Of a stretch of 64,000 nucleotides of DNA, positions 27,821 to 36,355 are shown in pieces; the stretch's first letter is position 1, and every line of letters starts with the position of its first letter. Below the pieces are notes generated by a model. The model saw only the letters and a program-made list of their open reading frames with translations, was not told the origin of the DNA and made no database searches. The position numbers were made by a program, and so were the translations under genes. The DNA is from an uncultured Gammaproteobacteria bacterium (GTDB lineage Bacteria > Patescibacteriota > Microgenomatia > UBA10105 > UBA927), in assembly GCA_964629685.1 (NCBI GenBank), contig CAZVTT010000001.1, positions 705,319 to 769,318 on the forward strand, written 5' to 3'.

Positions 27821-29403
27821 TTATGAAGCTACTCGATCACATACTTATCGGTCTTGGAAAATTGACGGTAGCGTTATTACCGGTAATTTTGCTGCTCGCC
27901 ATGGGTATGGCGTTTTACGGTGTGACGCTGCGGGGTATTGCCGGTAAACCGGACATCGCTGCGGTAAAAGATAATTTAGACCAGGCAACACAACCCTTTG
28001 AACTTTCTCCGGAACGGGGTAGGTATGCAATTATTGTGTCTCTGGCAGAAGATGGTACCTTTTCGCTCCGTCCTGACTTGGGCATGATGGTGTATCCAGA
28101 CGTAGGATATTACAACGGTAAATTTTACTCTTACTTTGCTCCCGGTATATCCGTGTTTGCTCTGCCGTTTTATCAGTTGGGTTTACTGTATAACCTTCCT
28201 CAGGTAGCGGCATATGCATCAGTTGCCGTAACCGCAATACTTAATTTGGTTTTATTGTACGTAATCTGTCGGTGGGTGTTCCGGTTACCCCTTTGGGCAA
28301 GTTTGGCTGCACCCATTATTTTCGGTTTTGGAACCACATCCTGGAGCTATGCCATTACGCTCTATCAGCATCAAATGACCACGTTCTTAATATTAAGCAG
28401 TTTTATGGCGGTATGGAAAATTACCCAGGGAACCCGTTGGAATCCGATACTCGCGTCCTGGGTTTGGTTTGCCTTCGGGTTTGCCGTGTTTATTGATTAC
28501 CCCAATGTGTTGCTGATGGCTCCCGTGATGTTGTATTTTGCCTGGAGTCTATTTGAGCGGGTAAACATAGTCGGAAAAAAGCTGACGGTAACCATCCGTC
28601 CTTCGTTACTGCTAACATCTGTGGTATTAATTACCTGGATATTTGTACATGGGTATTACAACCAGGTGAACTTCGGCAGCTGGAAACGGGTAAGCGGCAG
28701 CTTGGTGGGATACAAATCGATTCTGGAAAAAGATCTGCAGAATCAGGAAAATCCTGAGGCTGTCATCGAAGGGGAAAAGGGCGAAAAAAATCCGGTTAAA
28801 TTCTTCTCTGAGGAAAAAACGCCTTTCGGCTTTTATACCTTACTCTATTCGGAAGACCGCGGACTATTATTGTACGCACCGATATTGGCCGTAGGTATTC
28901 TCGGGCTATTCTGGGCTGCCCGGCAAAAAAATGCTGCCATGAGCGCCTTAATCGGATCAGTAGGGGTAAACGTGTTTCTGTATTCCAGTTGGGGAGATCC
29001 TTGGGGTGGTTGGGCTTATGGACCGCGGTATTTGATTCCGAGCATGGCATACTTGTCTGTTTTCGCCATGCTGTGGCTGGTGCACGGTAAATGGCGACCG
29101 TTCTTCCGGATTATCTCCTGGCCATTGTTTGGATTTTCCAGTGCCGTTGCTTTACTGGGTGCGCTGACGACCAATTCGGTACCGCCGAAAGTGGAAGCCG
29201 ATTATTTAAAAACCGGGTATAACTTTTTCCGTAATTTGGATTTTTACCTTGACGGACGAAGCGGCAGCTTTGCACTGCGCGAATATTTATGGCCGTACGT
29301 TACTCTGGGTCAGTTATTCGGATATATCTGGTTATTTTTACTGGTGATAATGTTTGTGTTGTTGATCGTTATGCCGTTATTCCGGAGGCGAAATGGACAT
29401 TAA
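27817..29403 (+). CDS. GT-C-like polytopic membrane protein (paralog B)
   Basis: ERGRYA, PDVGY, FAPG, RGLLLYAP and WGGWAYGPRYLIP. Confidence 0.72.
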   Translation: MIMKLLDHILIGLGKLTVALLPVILLLAMGMAFYGVTLRGIAGKPDIAAVKDNLDQATQPFELSPERGRYAIIVSLAEDGTFSLRPDLGMMVYPDVGYYNGKFYSYFAPGISVFALPFYQLGLLYNLPQVAAYASVAVTAILNLVLLYVICRWVFRLPLWASLAAPIIFGFGTTSWSYAITLYQHQMTTFLILSSFMAVWKITQGTRWNPILASWVWFAFGFAVFIDYPNVLLMAPVMLYFAWSLFERVNIVGKKLTVTIRPSLLLTSVVLITWIFVHGYYNQVNFGSWKRVSGSLVGYKSILEKDLQNQENPEAVIEGEKGEKNPVKFFSEEKTPFGFYTLLYSEDRGLLLYAPILAVGILGLFWAARQKNAAMSALIGSVGVNVFLYSSWGDPWGGWAYGPRYLIPSMAYLSVFAMLWLVHGKWRPFFRIISWPLFGFSSAVALLGALTTNSVPPKVEADYLKTGYNFFRNLDFYLDGRSGSFALREYLWPYVTLGQLFGYIWLFLLVIMFVLLIVMPLFRRRNGH

Positions 29404-30982
29404 TCTGAGCTGGATGCTTTCTATTGCAGAAAGACTAAAACGGTGGGCGCATGCACGGCCCGGGCTGTTTTTTGTACTGACACCTGCCATAAGTACGGCG
29501 GTGGTTAGTACACTGTATTTCCTGATGCAGGATACCATCGTGGCCTACGGGGACGCGGAATCGCATTTAAATATTGCCAAACGGGTTATTCATAGTATTA
29601 CCCCCGGTATTGCCCAGCTGGGAGGCATCTGGTTACCACTGCCGCACGTGATGATGGTGCCGTTCGTTGCCATAGACGCATTGTGGCGTACTGGCTTGGC
29701 CGGATCAATTGTTTCCGGTATGTGTTATCTGATTGCGGCAGTATTCCTGTACAAATTAGCCATGCTGGTGATCGGAAACAAATGGGCGGCGGTGCTTACA
29801 TCACTCGTATTTGTATTTAATCCCAATATTATGTATTTGCAGGCGACGTCCATGACGGAGCTGCCGTTAATCGCATTTTTTACATTATCCAGTTATTTCT
29901 TTATAAAATATCTGAAGGGTAAACAGCCGTTATACTCGCTGGTGTTGGCAGCATTCTTTGGATTTTGCGCCGTTTTGTCCCGCTATGATGGTTGGTTTTT
30001 GGTTCTTTTTGAGTCTTTGATTATTGGGATTCAGGGTTTTGTATTGCGTTGGAAATGGAAAAAAATAGAGGGTAGCGGAATTTTGTTCGTGACCTTGGCG
30101 TTCTTCGGTATTCTGCTCTGGCTATTGTGGGGACAGCTTATTCTGGGGAATGCGCTATATTTTACGCAAAGTCAGTTTAGTGCCCAGACCCAGCAACGGG
30201 CCTGGCTTGCCAAAGGTGAATTACCGGCGTATCACAATGCCTGGTTGGCAGCAGCATATTATTTTGTGACGGCGATGGGTAATGCCGGAATTTTATTGTG
30301 GTTTGTGGCTATCGCGGGTTTGATAGTATATTTGCGCCGGGGGACAGACAGAAAAAGATTTTTAATAGTGTTATTGCTGATGGTGCCGTTTCTGTTTAAC
30401 TTTGTAACCTTATTCATGGGGCAGTCGGTAATTTTTATACCGCACCTGACACCCGTGTCTTTTGAATGGCGGTTATTTAACGTACGGTACGGTGCCATGA
30501 TGATTCCCGTGGTCGCGTTTTTTATCGGAACGTTATTCAGCAGAGCCTCAAAATTCGGAAAAGTAGTTATACTGGGTTTGTTTATGGCGCAATTTGGATT
30601 ATTCGGAATCGGATATACCAATGTCATTAGTTATGCCGATGGTGTAGTAGGGTTATCCCATGCCAAACGGCCTGACGCCGAGCAATGGATGAAACAACAC
30701 TATGACGGCGGACTGGTACTTTTGGATGACTATGCACGTACCATGAGTATTATCCGGGCAGGCATTCCGATGCAGAATGTAATATATATTGGGAATAAGC
30801 CGTATTGGGAAGAGTCATTGCAGGACCCGGCCAAATATGCGGTATGGATCGTAATGCAGAAAGATGATGCCGTGTGGACGAGTTTAATAAACGATAAGGC
30901 AGTAGAAGGCAGACTTTACGCAACATTTGAAAAAGTTTATACTTCCCCGGAAATTCTCATTTTTCGCCGTCAGGAAAAATAA
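29393..30982 (+). CDS. GT39/PMT_2-like GT-C glycosyltransferase
   Basis: YGDAESHLNIAKR, WLPLPH, NPNIMYLQATSMTE, RYDGW and NVRYG. Confidence 0.8.
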   Translation: MDINLSWMLSIAERLKRWAHARPGLFFVLTPAISTAVVSTLYFLMQDTIVAYGDAESHLNIAKRVIHSITPGIAQLGGIWLPLPHVMMVPFVAIDALWRTGLAGSIVSGMCYLIAAVFLYKLAMLVIGNKWAAVLTSLVFVFNPNIMYLQATSMTELPLIAFFTLSSYFFIKYLKGKQPLYSLVLAAFFGFCAVLSRYDGWFLVLFESLIIGIQGFVLRWKWKKIEGSGILFVTLAFFGILLWLLWGQLILGNALYFTQSQFSAQTQQRAWLAKGELPAYHNAWLAAAYYFVTAMGNAGILLWFVAIAGLIVYLRRGTDRKRFLIVLLLMVPFLFNFVTLFMGQSVIFIPHLTPVSFEWRLFNVRYGAMMIPVVAFFIGTLFSRASKFGKVVILGLFMAQFGLFGIGYTNVISYADGVVGLSHAKRPDAEQWMKQHYDGGLVLLDDYARTMSIIRAGIPMQNVIYIGNKPYWEESLQDPAKYAVWIVMQKDDAVWTSLINDKAVEGRLYATFEKVYTSPEILIFRRQEK

Positions 30983-32235
30983 TGAACTATCTTTTGTTTC
31001 TTTTTATCGTGTGCGGTTTGCTTCTGAAACCTGCACAGGTTTTTGCAGCTGAACGTTTTTGGCCGATAGTATCTATAGATACCATGAAATATTCCCGGGA
31101 CAGAGCCCGCGAGTCGGGAATGAGAGAGCAGATACCGGCGTATATTACCGCGGTGGCGGCACTTCAGCCCACTCATATAGCGATAGGGACTCCCTATGAT
31201 GAAGAATTTTATCCTGTGATGAAGGTTTGGGTTGACGAAATCAGAAAGCAGAACATGCATGTTTGGTTCCGGGGTAATTTTTCCGGATGGGAGGGGTGGT
31301 TTGATTATCCGAAATTAAAATCGGTGGCGGAGCATCATATAAAAACCCGGGCTTTTATTGAGAAGCATCCGGATTTATTTGAAAATGGGGATATTTTTAC
31401 TCCGGCTCCGGAACCGGAAAATGGTTTGATCCGGGATCCAAGGCATGCAGACGGTAATAAAACGGAGTTCTTAAAATTCTTGACGGATTCATATAGTACC
31501 TGTGCTACAGCTATGAAAAAAGTCAAAAAGGATGTGCGCTGCGGATATTTTTCCATGAACGGAGACGTAGCCAGGGAAATAATGACCAAAGAGGCGGTGG
31601 CTTCAAGCGGCGGTGTGTTGGTTATAGACCATTACGTAAAGGAACCGGAGAAATTAGTGAAGGATGTGGAGTTTTTGTATGAAAAATACGGGTATCCGGT
31701 GGTGTTGGGGGAATTCGGGGCACCAATTCCCGACATAAACGGCAATATGACTCCTGAGCAGCAATCCGGGTATATTACGGATGTGCTTACCGGATTGTTG
31801 CGGTTAAAAGAAAAAGTCGGCGGTATGAACTATTGGACCGCTTTTGACGGTACTACGCAGCTCTTTCAGAAAGATTTAGTTGCCAGACCGGCTGCCAGCG
31901 CCCTTTCACTCATGTATAAACCTTCGGTGTTACGCGGTACGGTAACCGATCAATTCCATGCACCGCTTAAAGATGTGACGTTAATGGTGGCCAAGGGAGC
32001 CGTAACCGTAAAAACGAATGCTGACGGTGTATACGAATTGCCATTACCGAATTTAGTCACAAAAGTAGTAGTTTCTCCTCCTGATGAGACTTTGGTGGCA
32101 GGCGTGGTTAACGTAGAGCTGGAAACCAGAAGCGATATGGAACGGAATATTATTTTAAGCAGGACGGATAACAGTTTTTATGGTCGGGTTGTGCGCTTTT
32201 TACGAAATTTTGTGGCTAAAATACTATCTCAGTAA
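30982..32235 (+). CDS. Secreted TIM-barrel glycoside-hydrolase-like protein with C-terminal carboxypeptidase-regulatory-like domain
   Basis: Signal peptide (QVFA/A), SIDTMKYSRD, PEPENG, IDHY, VLGEFG and NYW, then LRGTVTD...PLKDVT...TNADGVY. Confidence 0.6.
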   Translation: MNYLLFLFIVCGLLLKPAQVFAAERFWPIVSIDTMKYSRDRARESGMREQIPAYITAVAALQPTHIAIGTPYDEEFYPVMKVWVDEIRKQNMHVWFRGNFSGWEGWFDYPKLKSVAEHHIKTRAFIEKHPDLFENGDIFTPAPEPENGLIRDPRHADGNKTEFLKFLTDSYSTCATAMKKVKKDVRCGYFSMNGDVAREIMTKEAVASSGGVLVIDHYVKEPEKLVKDVEFLYEKYGYPVVLGEFGAPIPDINGNMTPEQQSGYITDVLTGLLRLKEKVGGMNYWTAFDGTTQLFQKDLVARPAASALSLMYKPSVLRGTVTDQFHAPLKDVTLMVAKGAVTVKTNADGVYELPLPNLVTKVVVSPPDETLVAGVVNVELETRSDMERNIILSRTDNSFYGRVVRFLRNFVAKILSQ

Positions 32236-32326
32236 CCGGCACGTTTCGGTGAGGTAGTTTTGACATATATAGATATAGATATGATGTCTTGATGATTACT
32301 TGATACTCCTATAGTGTAAAAGCACT

Positions 32327-33220
32327 ATGAAAACTGCCCATTTCGTACCGTTAACCCTTGTTTTTGTTCTCTCTTTTTTTGTACTCGCCCGTTCGGTTTC
32401 CGCTGCTGCTCCCGATGGTGCAGGGCCTTGGGCTGACGCCGTTACCTCTTTCAGCCAGGGATTTACCAAAGACGGAAGCTCTGTCCCGGCACTCAGGAGT
32501 GATCCTGCGGCGGCGCTAGGGGTAGCCGAAGATGATACCGCAGAAGGTCATTTTGTTTCATTGGGATTCGGCGGAGTACTAACCTTACGTTTTGATAATC
32601 CGGTCCGGACCGGTGTGCTCGTGTTTGAGGCTACAAACCCCAATTATCCGGCGGAAAAGGCTACTATTTCTGTTTCTGCTGACGGGGTAAGTTGGACTTC
32701 CGCGGGAAGCATTTCCCAGGACGGACAGGTTTCGTTGCCGGAGGGGATTACCTGTGCCAAATACGTGAAAATTACGGACACCAGTATAAAGGAAGATTTT
32801 GTCGAAGGATCTGCTGATGCATATGATGTAGATGGGGTGAAAGCGGTTGGTACCGAGCCCTGTTCGAACCCAACTCCGACTCCGTCTCCCACGCCAACAC
32901 CTACACCGGACGGTTGTGGACCGGACACGAATGTAAATATTTCCGGGAACGGAGCCGGTTCGGTAAACAAGGTGATTAAGAATGGCTCGAATTCAACCAG
33001 CGTCGTGGTTGGTGCTCAATCCAAGGTCAAAACGACCGTAAAAACCAAAGCTGTTTCCGGAAATAATAAAGTTAAGAATAATACCGGAGGAGGGGTAACG
33101 GTAACGTCCGGCTCCAGTACCTCTTCTACCACCGTGGGAACGGTGGTGGGAGGTACCACTGTCAGTGTCACTAATTCCTGCTGCGGCTGCGGTGAATCCT
33201 GCTCCCATAAAACGGAGTAA
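32327..33220 (+). CDS. Secreted surface protein: lectin-like beta-sandwich head, PT linker, G/N/S/T/V-rich beta segment, Cys-rich tail
   Basis: Signal peptide VSA/A, SLGFGG...F-D-N, VSADG, ITD and DVDGV. Then PTPTPSPTPTPTP and the ending SCCGCGESCSHKTE. Confidence 0.75.
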   Translation: MKTAHFVPLTLVFVLSFFVLARSVSAAAPDGAGPWADAVTSFSQGFTKDGSSVPALRSDPAAALGVAEDDTAEGHFVSLGFGGVLTLRFDNPVRTGVLVFEATNPNYPAEKATISVSADGVSWTSAGSISQDGQVSLPEGITCAKYVKITDTSIKEDFVEGSADAYDVDGVKAVGTEPCSNPTPTPSPTPTPTPDGCGPDTNVNISGNGAGSVNKVIKNGSNSTSVVVGAQSKVKTTVKTKAVSGNNKVKNNTGGGVTVTSGSSTSSTTVGTVVGGTTVSVTNSCCGCGESCSHKTE

Positions 33221-33286
33221 AGGGTAAAGGCAAAGTGCAATAAAATCTACTGTTTTAGCCTCAATTATTTAGGCCTATAGCGCCTA

Positions 33287-33314
33287 TTGCTTTTTGTTCT
33301 TTGTGTGCTATAAT
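33287..33314 (+). promoter_or_regulatory. sigma70 promoter TTGCTT-N16-TATAAT with extended -10
   Basis: TGcTATAAT at 33306-33314, upstream of ATG 33348. Confidence 0.7.
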
Positions 33315-33347
33315 ACATCTCTATTGTATAAGTTATAGGACACAATT

Positions 33348-34439
33348 ATGAACAAATTTTTCAGCTTGATTTTCGTATTGGCTTTCCTGGCTTTAACGCC
33401 TACTTTTGCATATTCTGCAGCTCCAGACGGTAATGGTCCCTGGGCAGATGGCGTAGTAACTTCTCACCAAACTACTATTCGAAACGGCGCTCTTGTTAGC
33501 GACGTAGCACCGGCCCGTAGCAATCCACAATCGGCCGTTGGTGTGGCAGAGAATGACACTACCGAAGGAAATTTCTTTTCTTTAGGATTCGGCGGATCAA
33601 TTACCCTGAGTTTTGATAACGGTATTCGTGGTGGTGTAATCGTAGTGGAAGCGACTAATCCACAGTATCCGGTAGAACATGCTCAAGTAGAGGTTTCTGC
33701 GGACGGATCTACCTGGTTTAGTGCAGGTTCTATAGATCAGGACGGTGAAGTGAATATGCCGGAAGATCTGGCATGTGCACGCTTTGTGCGGATTACCGAT
33801 ACCAGTAACGTAAATGATTTTGCTGAAGATACTGCAGATGGATTTGATGTCGATGGTGTACAGGCGCGTGATGCCGGTTCCTGTGAACCTACGGAAACTC
33901 CAAGCGTTACGCCTACACCCAGCCCAACTCAGGCTCCGTCAAACGACAACAATAATAACAACAATAATAATGGTGGTGGCAGTGGCCAGCCGGCACAATG
34001 TAATGCCGCTAAACCTCCTACCCCGACTTTAACATCGGTAAACCGTACCAGTGGAACAACGGCAAATCTTACCTGGACCGCCGTATCACCGGTAACGCAT
34101 TATGCAATATCGTACGGTTTAAAACCGGGTGAATATCAGTACGGCGTACCGAATACCGGAAACGTCACCAGTTTTTCCATTGGTGGTCTAGATCCAAACG
34201 CATCGTATTACTTTTCAGTTCGTGCCATAAATGACTGTACTCCTGGAGAAGCTTCCGGAAACGGATCAACAGGCAGCGTGCTGGGTGCCAGCACCGGCGG
34301 ACAGGTATTGGGGGCATCTACCGATACACTCGCGGCCACCGGATCATCTGCTGAATTGTTCAGAATACTGTCTGCAGTGGCAACTTCTGTTGTTACGGCC
34401 ACAGTTCTGCTACGATCAGTTCAGGATGAAAATAGGTAA
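33348..34439 (+). CDS. Sortase substrate candidate: same head domain, PT/N linker, FN3 domain, LAATG signal
   Basis: Head paralogous to 32327. FN3 motifs LTW, YAISYG, GLDPNASYYFSVRAIN. LAATG at 34329-34343 is followed by a hydrophobic stretch. Confidence 0.8.
   Translation: MNKFFSLIFVLAFLALTPTFAYSAAPDGNGPWADGVVTSHQTTIRNGALVSDVAPARSNPQSAVGVAENDTTEGNFFSLGFGGSITLSFDNGIRGGVIVVEATNPQYPVEHAQVEVSADGSTWFSAGSIDQDGEVNMPEDLACARFVRITDTSNVNDFAEDTADGFDVDGVQARDAGSCEPTETPSVTPTPSPTQAPSNDNNNNNNNNGGGSGQPAQCNAAKPPTPTLTSVNRTSGTTANLTWTAVSPVTHYAISYGLKPGEYQYGVPNTGNVTSFSIGGLDPNASYYFSVRAINDCTPGEASGNGSTGSVLGASTGGQVLGASTDTLAATGSSAELFRILSAVATSVVTATVLLRSVQDENR
33942..33971 (+). repeat. AAY trinucleotide run encoding NDNNNNNNNN linker
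   Basis: aac gac aac aat aat aac aac aat aat aat. Confidence 0.8.
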
Positions 34440-34992
34440 GCTACCGGAAAAAATCAGACAAAACGTTATTCCGTTTCTTTTTCTATCGTTGTCTTCTGGG
34501 GTATTGGTGTATATTCTGTTGGGAACAGCTTCCCCGAATACCAAACCGATACCGGTTCCCACGAATCCCATCGTTACTGTTACCACTACACCGGTAGCGG
34601 AAACGAAACATCCGCCAGTTGCTATCCGTATTCCCGCTATAAAAAGTGAATTACCCGTTCAGGCGGCTTTGGTTCATGATAATCAGTGGGACATGTTTGA
34701 TAATGCAGTAGCGTGGTTGTCGACATCCGCAGTTCCCGGGGAAGGGAACGTAATTCTTTATGCACATAACCGCGCCAAATTGTGGCGGGATTTGTATAAA
34801 GTAAAACCCGGTGATGTTATAGAAGTTCAACAGCAAGATACCTGGTTACGGTACATCGTGACCGAGTCACGAACGGTAACACCCAAGGATATAGACGCGA
34901 TTCTGGCAAGTCAGGAACAGCTCACGTTGTATACCTGTGAAGGAACTTTTGACCAGAAACGCCGCCTTGTTTACGCTGCTCCGGAAAAATAA
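34426..34992 (+). CDS. Sortase (class D/E/F-like)
   Basis: N-terminal TM, IRIPAI, PGEGNVILYAHN (His), LTLYTC (Cys) and KRRLV (Arg). Start ATG 34426 overlaps the substrate gene by 14 nt. Confidence 0.92.
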   Translation: MKIGKLPEKIRQNVIPFLFLSLSSGVLVYILLGTASPNTKPIPVPTNPIVTVTTTPVAETKHPPVAIRIPAIKSELPVQAALVHDNQWDMFDNAVAWLSTSAVPGEGNVILYAHNRAKLWRDLYKVKPGDVIEVQQQDTWLRYIVTESRTVTPKDIDAILASQEQLTLYTCEGTFDQKRRLVYAAPEK

Positions 34993-35049
34993 ATCCTGCT
35001 TGGTGTGGAATTTTTTTGTGTACCTCTATATAGTGGTAATAGAGACCTT

Positions 35050-36078
35050 ATGTTTGGGCTATTACGACATTTATTTCTTCCGCATCATACCAATAATCAT
35101 CGGGCTAAGTTGCTGCACCTCGATGCCCTTTGTGTATACGTCTTACTGTTTGCTATCTTTAACTTCACCATCAAAATCGGTCATCGTCAGTTTCCCGATA
35201 TATTGGGATACGCGACGGATATTCAGGTAGAACAATTGCTTTCACTGACCAATGCCAAGCGTGCTGAAAATGGATTAGGTTCACTCACGTATAATTCCAA
35301 ACTTGCTCAGGCAGCAGCCGGTAAGGCTGCCGATATGTTTGCCAAAGGATACTGGGCGCACGTGGCGCCGGATGGAAAAACGCCGTGGGATTTTATCAAA
35401 GGGGCAGGATATACCTATACCGTTGCCGGAGAAAATCTGGCGAAGAACTTCCAAAATAGCGGGGGCGTAGTGGACGCTTGGTTGGCATCTCCGTCACACA
35501 GAGAAAATTTACTTAAAGGAAATTACAAAGAGGTGGGTTTTGCTGTTGTAAACGGTGTATTAAACGGTGAAGAAACCACTTTGGTGGTCCAGATGTTCGG
35601 GACATCTACCGGTGCGGAAGTGGCCAGCGCTACTAAAAACAGTGTGGTAAAAGTTGTTCAGGCGCAGGAGCCTACAAATACGCCAACACCTACAAGCGTT
35701 ATAGCATTGGCGCAAGTTGAACCCACTTCAATTCCCGAAACTCCTACACCTACCGAAGAGTTAACACCGACGGAAACTCCCAATCCGGTGGAAGTTACAC
35801 CGGTAGCTTCCGTGATTGAACAATCACCTCCGTCTACCCCAATCGGAAGTGGAATGTTTTTGTCTTCATATAATCAGCCGATGGTAAATATACCGACACT
35901 GAGACGGGATGTTGCTATGGCTTTTGCCGGATTTATGATCGGAATACTGGCGCTGGATGTATGGCATATGACACGGAAAAAAGCCGTAAGGGCTACCGGT
36001 CATACGTTGGCACATATAGCGTTTTTGGCAGCATTAATTATTGGTATTAGTGCAGTTTTGCCGGGTAATATTTTATGA
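35050..36078 (+). CDS. CAP/SCP-domain membrane protein with PT-rich stalk
   Basis: LTNAKR, KAADM...YWAH, AGENLA, WLASPSHRENLL and VVQMFG, plus two C-terminal TMs. Start ATG 35050. Confidence 0.9.
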   Translation: MFGLLRHLFLPHHTNNHRAKLLHLDALCVYVLLFAIFNFTIKIGHRQFPDILGYATDIQVEQLLSLTNAKRAENGLGSLTYNSKLAQAAAGKAADMFAKGYWAHVAPDGKTPWDFIKGAGYTYTVAGENLAKNFQNSGGVVDAWLASPSHRENLLKGNYKEVGFAVVNGVLNGEETTLVVQMFGTSTGAEVASATKNSVVKVVQAQEPTNTPTPTSVIALAQVEPTSIPETPTPTEELTPTETPNPVEVTPVASVIEQSPPSTPIGSGMFLSSYNQPMVNIPTLRRDVAMAFAGFMIGILALDVWHMTRKKAVRATGHTLAHIAFLAALIIGISAVLPGNIL

Positions 36079-36329
36079 AATCACATGTAGATAAAGTAAA
36101 TCTGCTGGTGCTCGTAGCCATATTGGGTTTGGGGATAGGTACATTTGTATACGCCCGCAGCGACAGGAGTCTGCAGCTTGCTGTAGGAATTGTTACCGCG
36201 GTGGCATATGTGCTCTGGGGACTGTTACATCATTCCCTGAAGGGTGACTTGTATCCGAAAGTCGTGGTAGAATATGTGCTCATTGGTGTGATTTCGATTC
36301 TATTACTGACGACTGTCGTAGGGTATTAA
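36075..36329 (+). CDS. Small 3-TM hypothetical membrane protein
   Basis: ATGA coupling, three hydrophobic segments and YVLWGLLHH...VVEY. Confidence 0.75.
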   Translation: MKSHVDKVNLLVLVAILGLGIGTFVYARSDRSLQLAVGIVTAVAYVLWGLLHHSLKGDLYPKVVVEYVLIGVISILLLTTVVGY

Positions 36330-36355
36330 CGGAAAACTGCGTAGAAGGAGGAGCT

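Noticed and set aside
32260-32315. Promoter for the first surface protein
   Set aside because: TTGACA/TATGAT and TTGATG/TATAGT are present, but their spacers (14 and 15 bp) are non-canonical, so no pair can be called.
34231-34425. N-terminal extension of the sortase containing LPETD
   Set aside because: It is an alternate-frame overlap with the substrate gene. The real start is ATG 34426, before the TM anchor.
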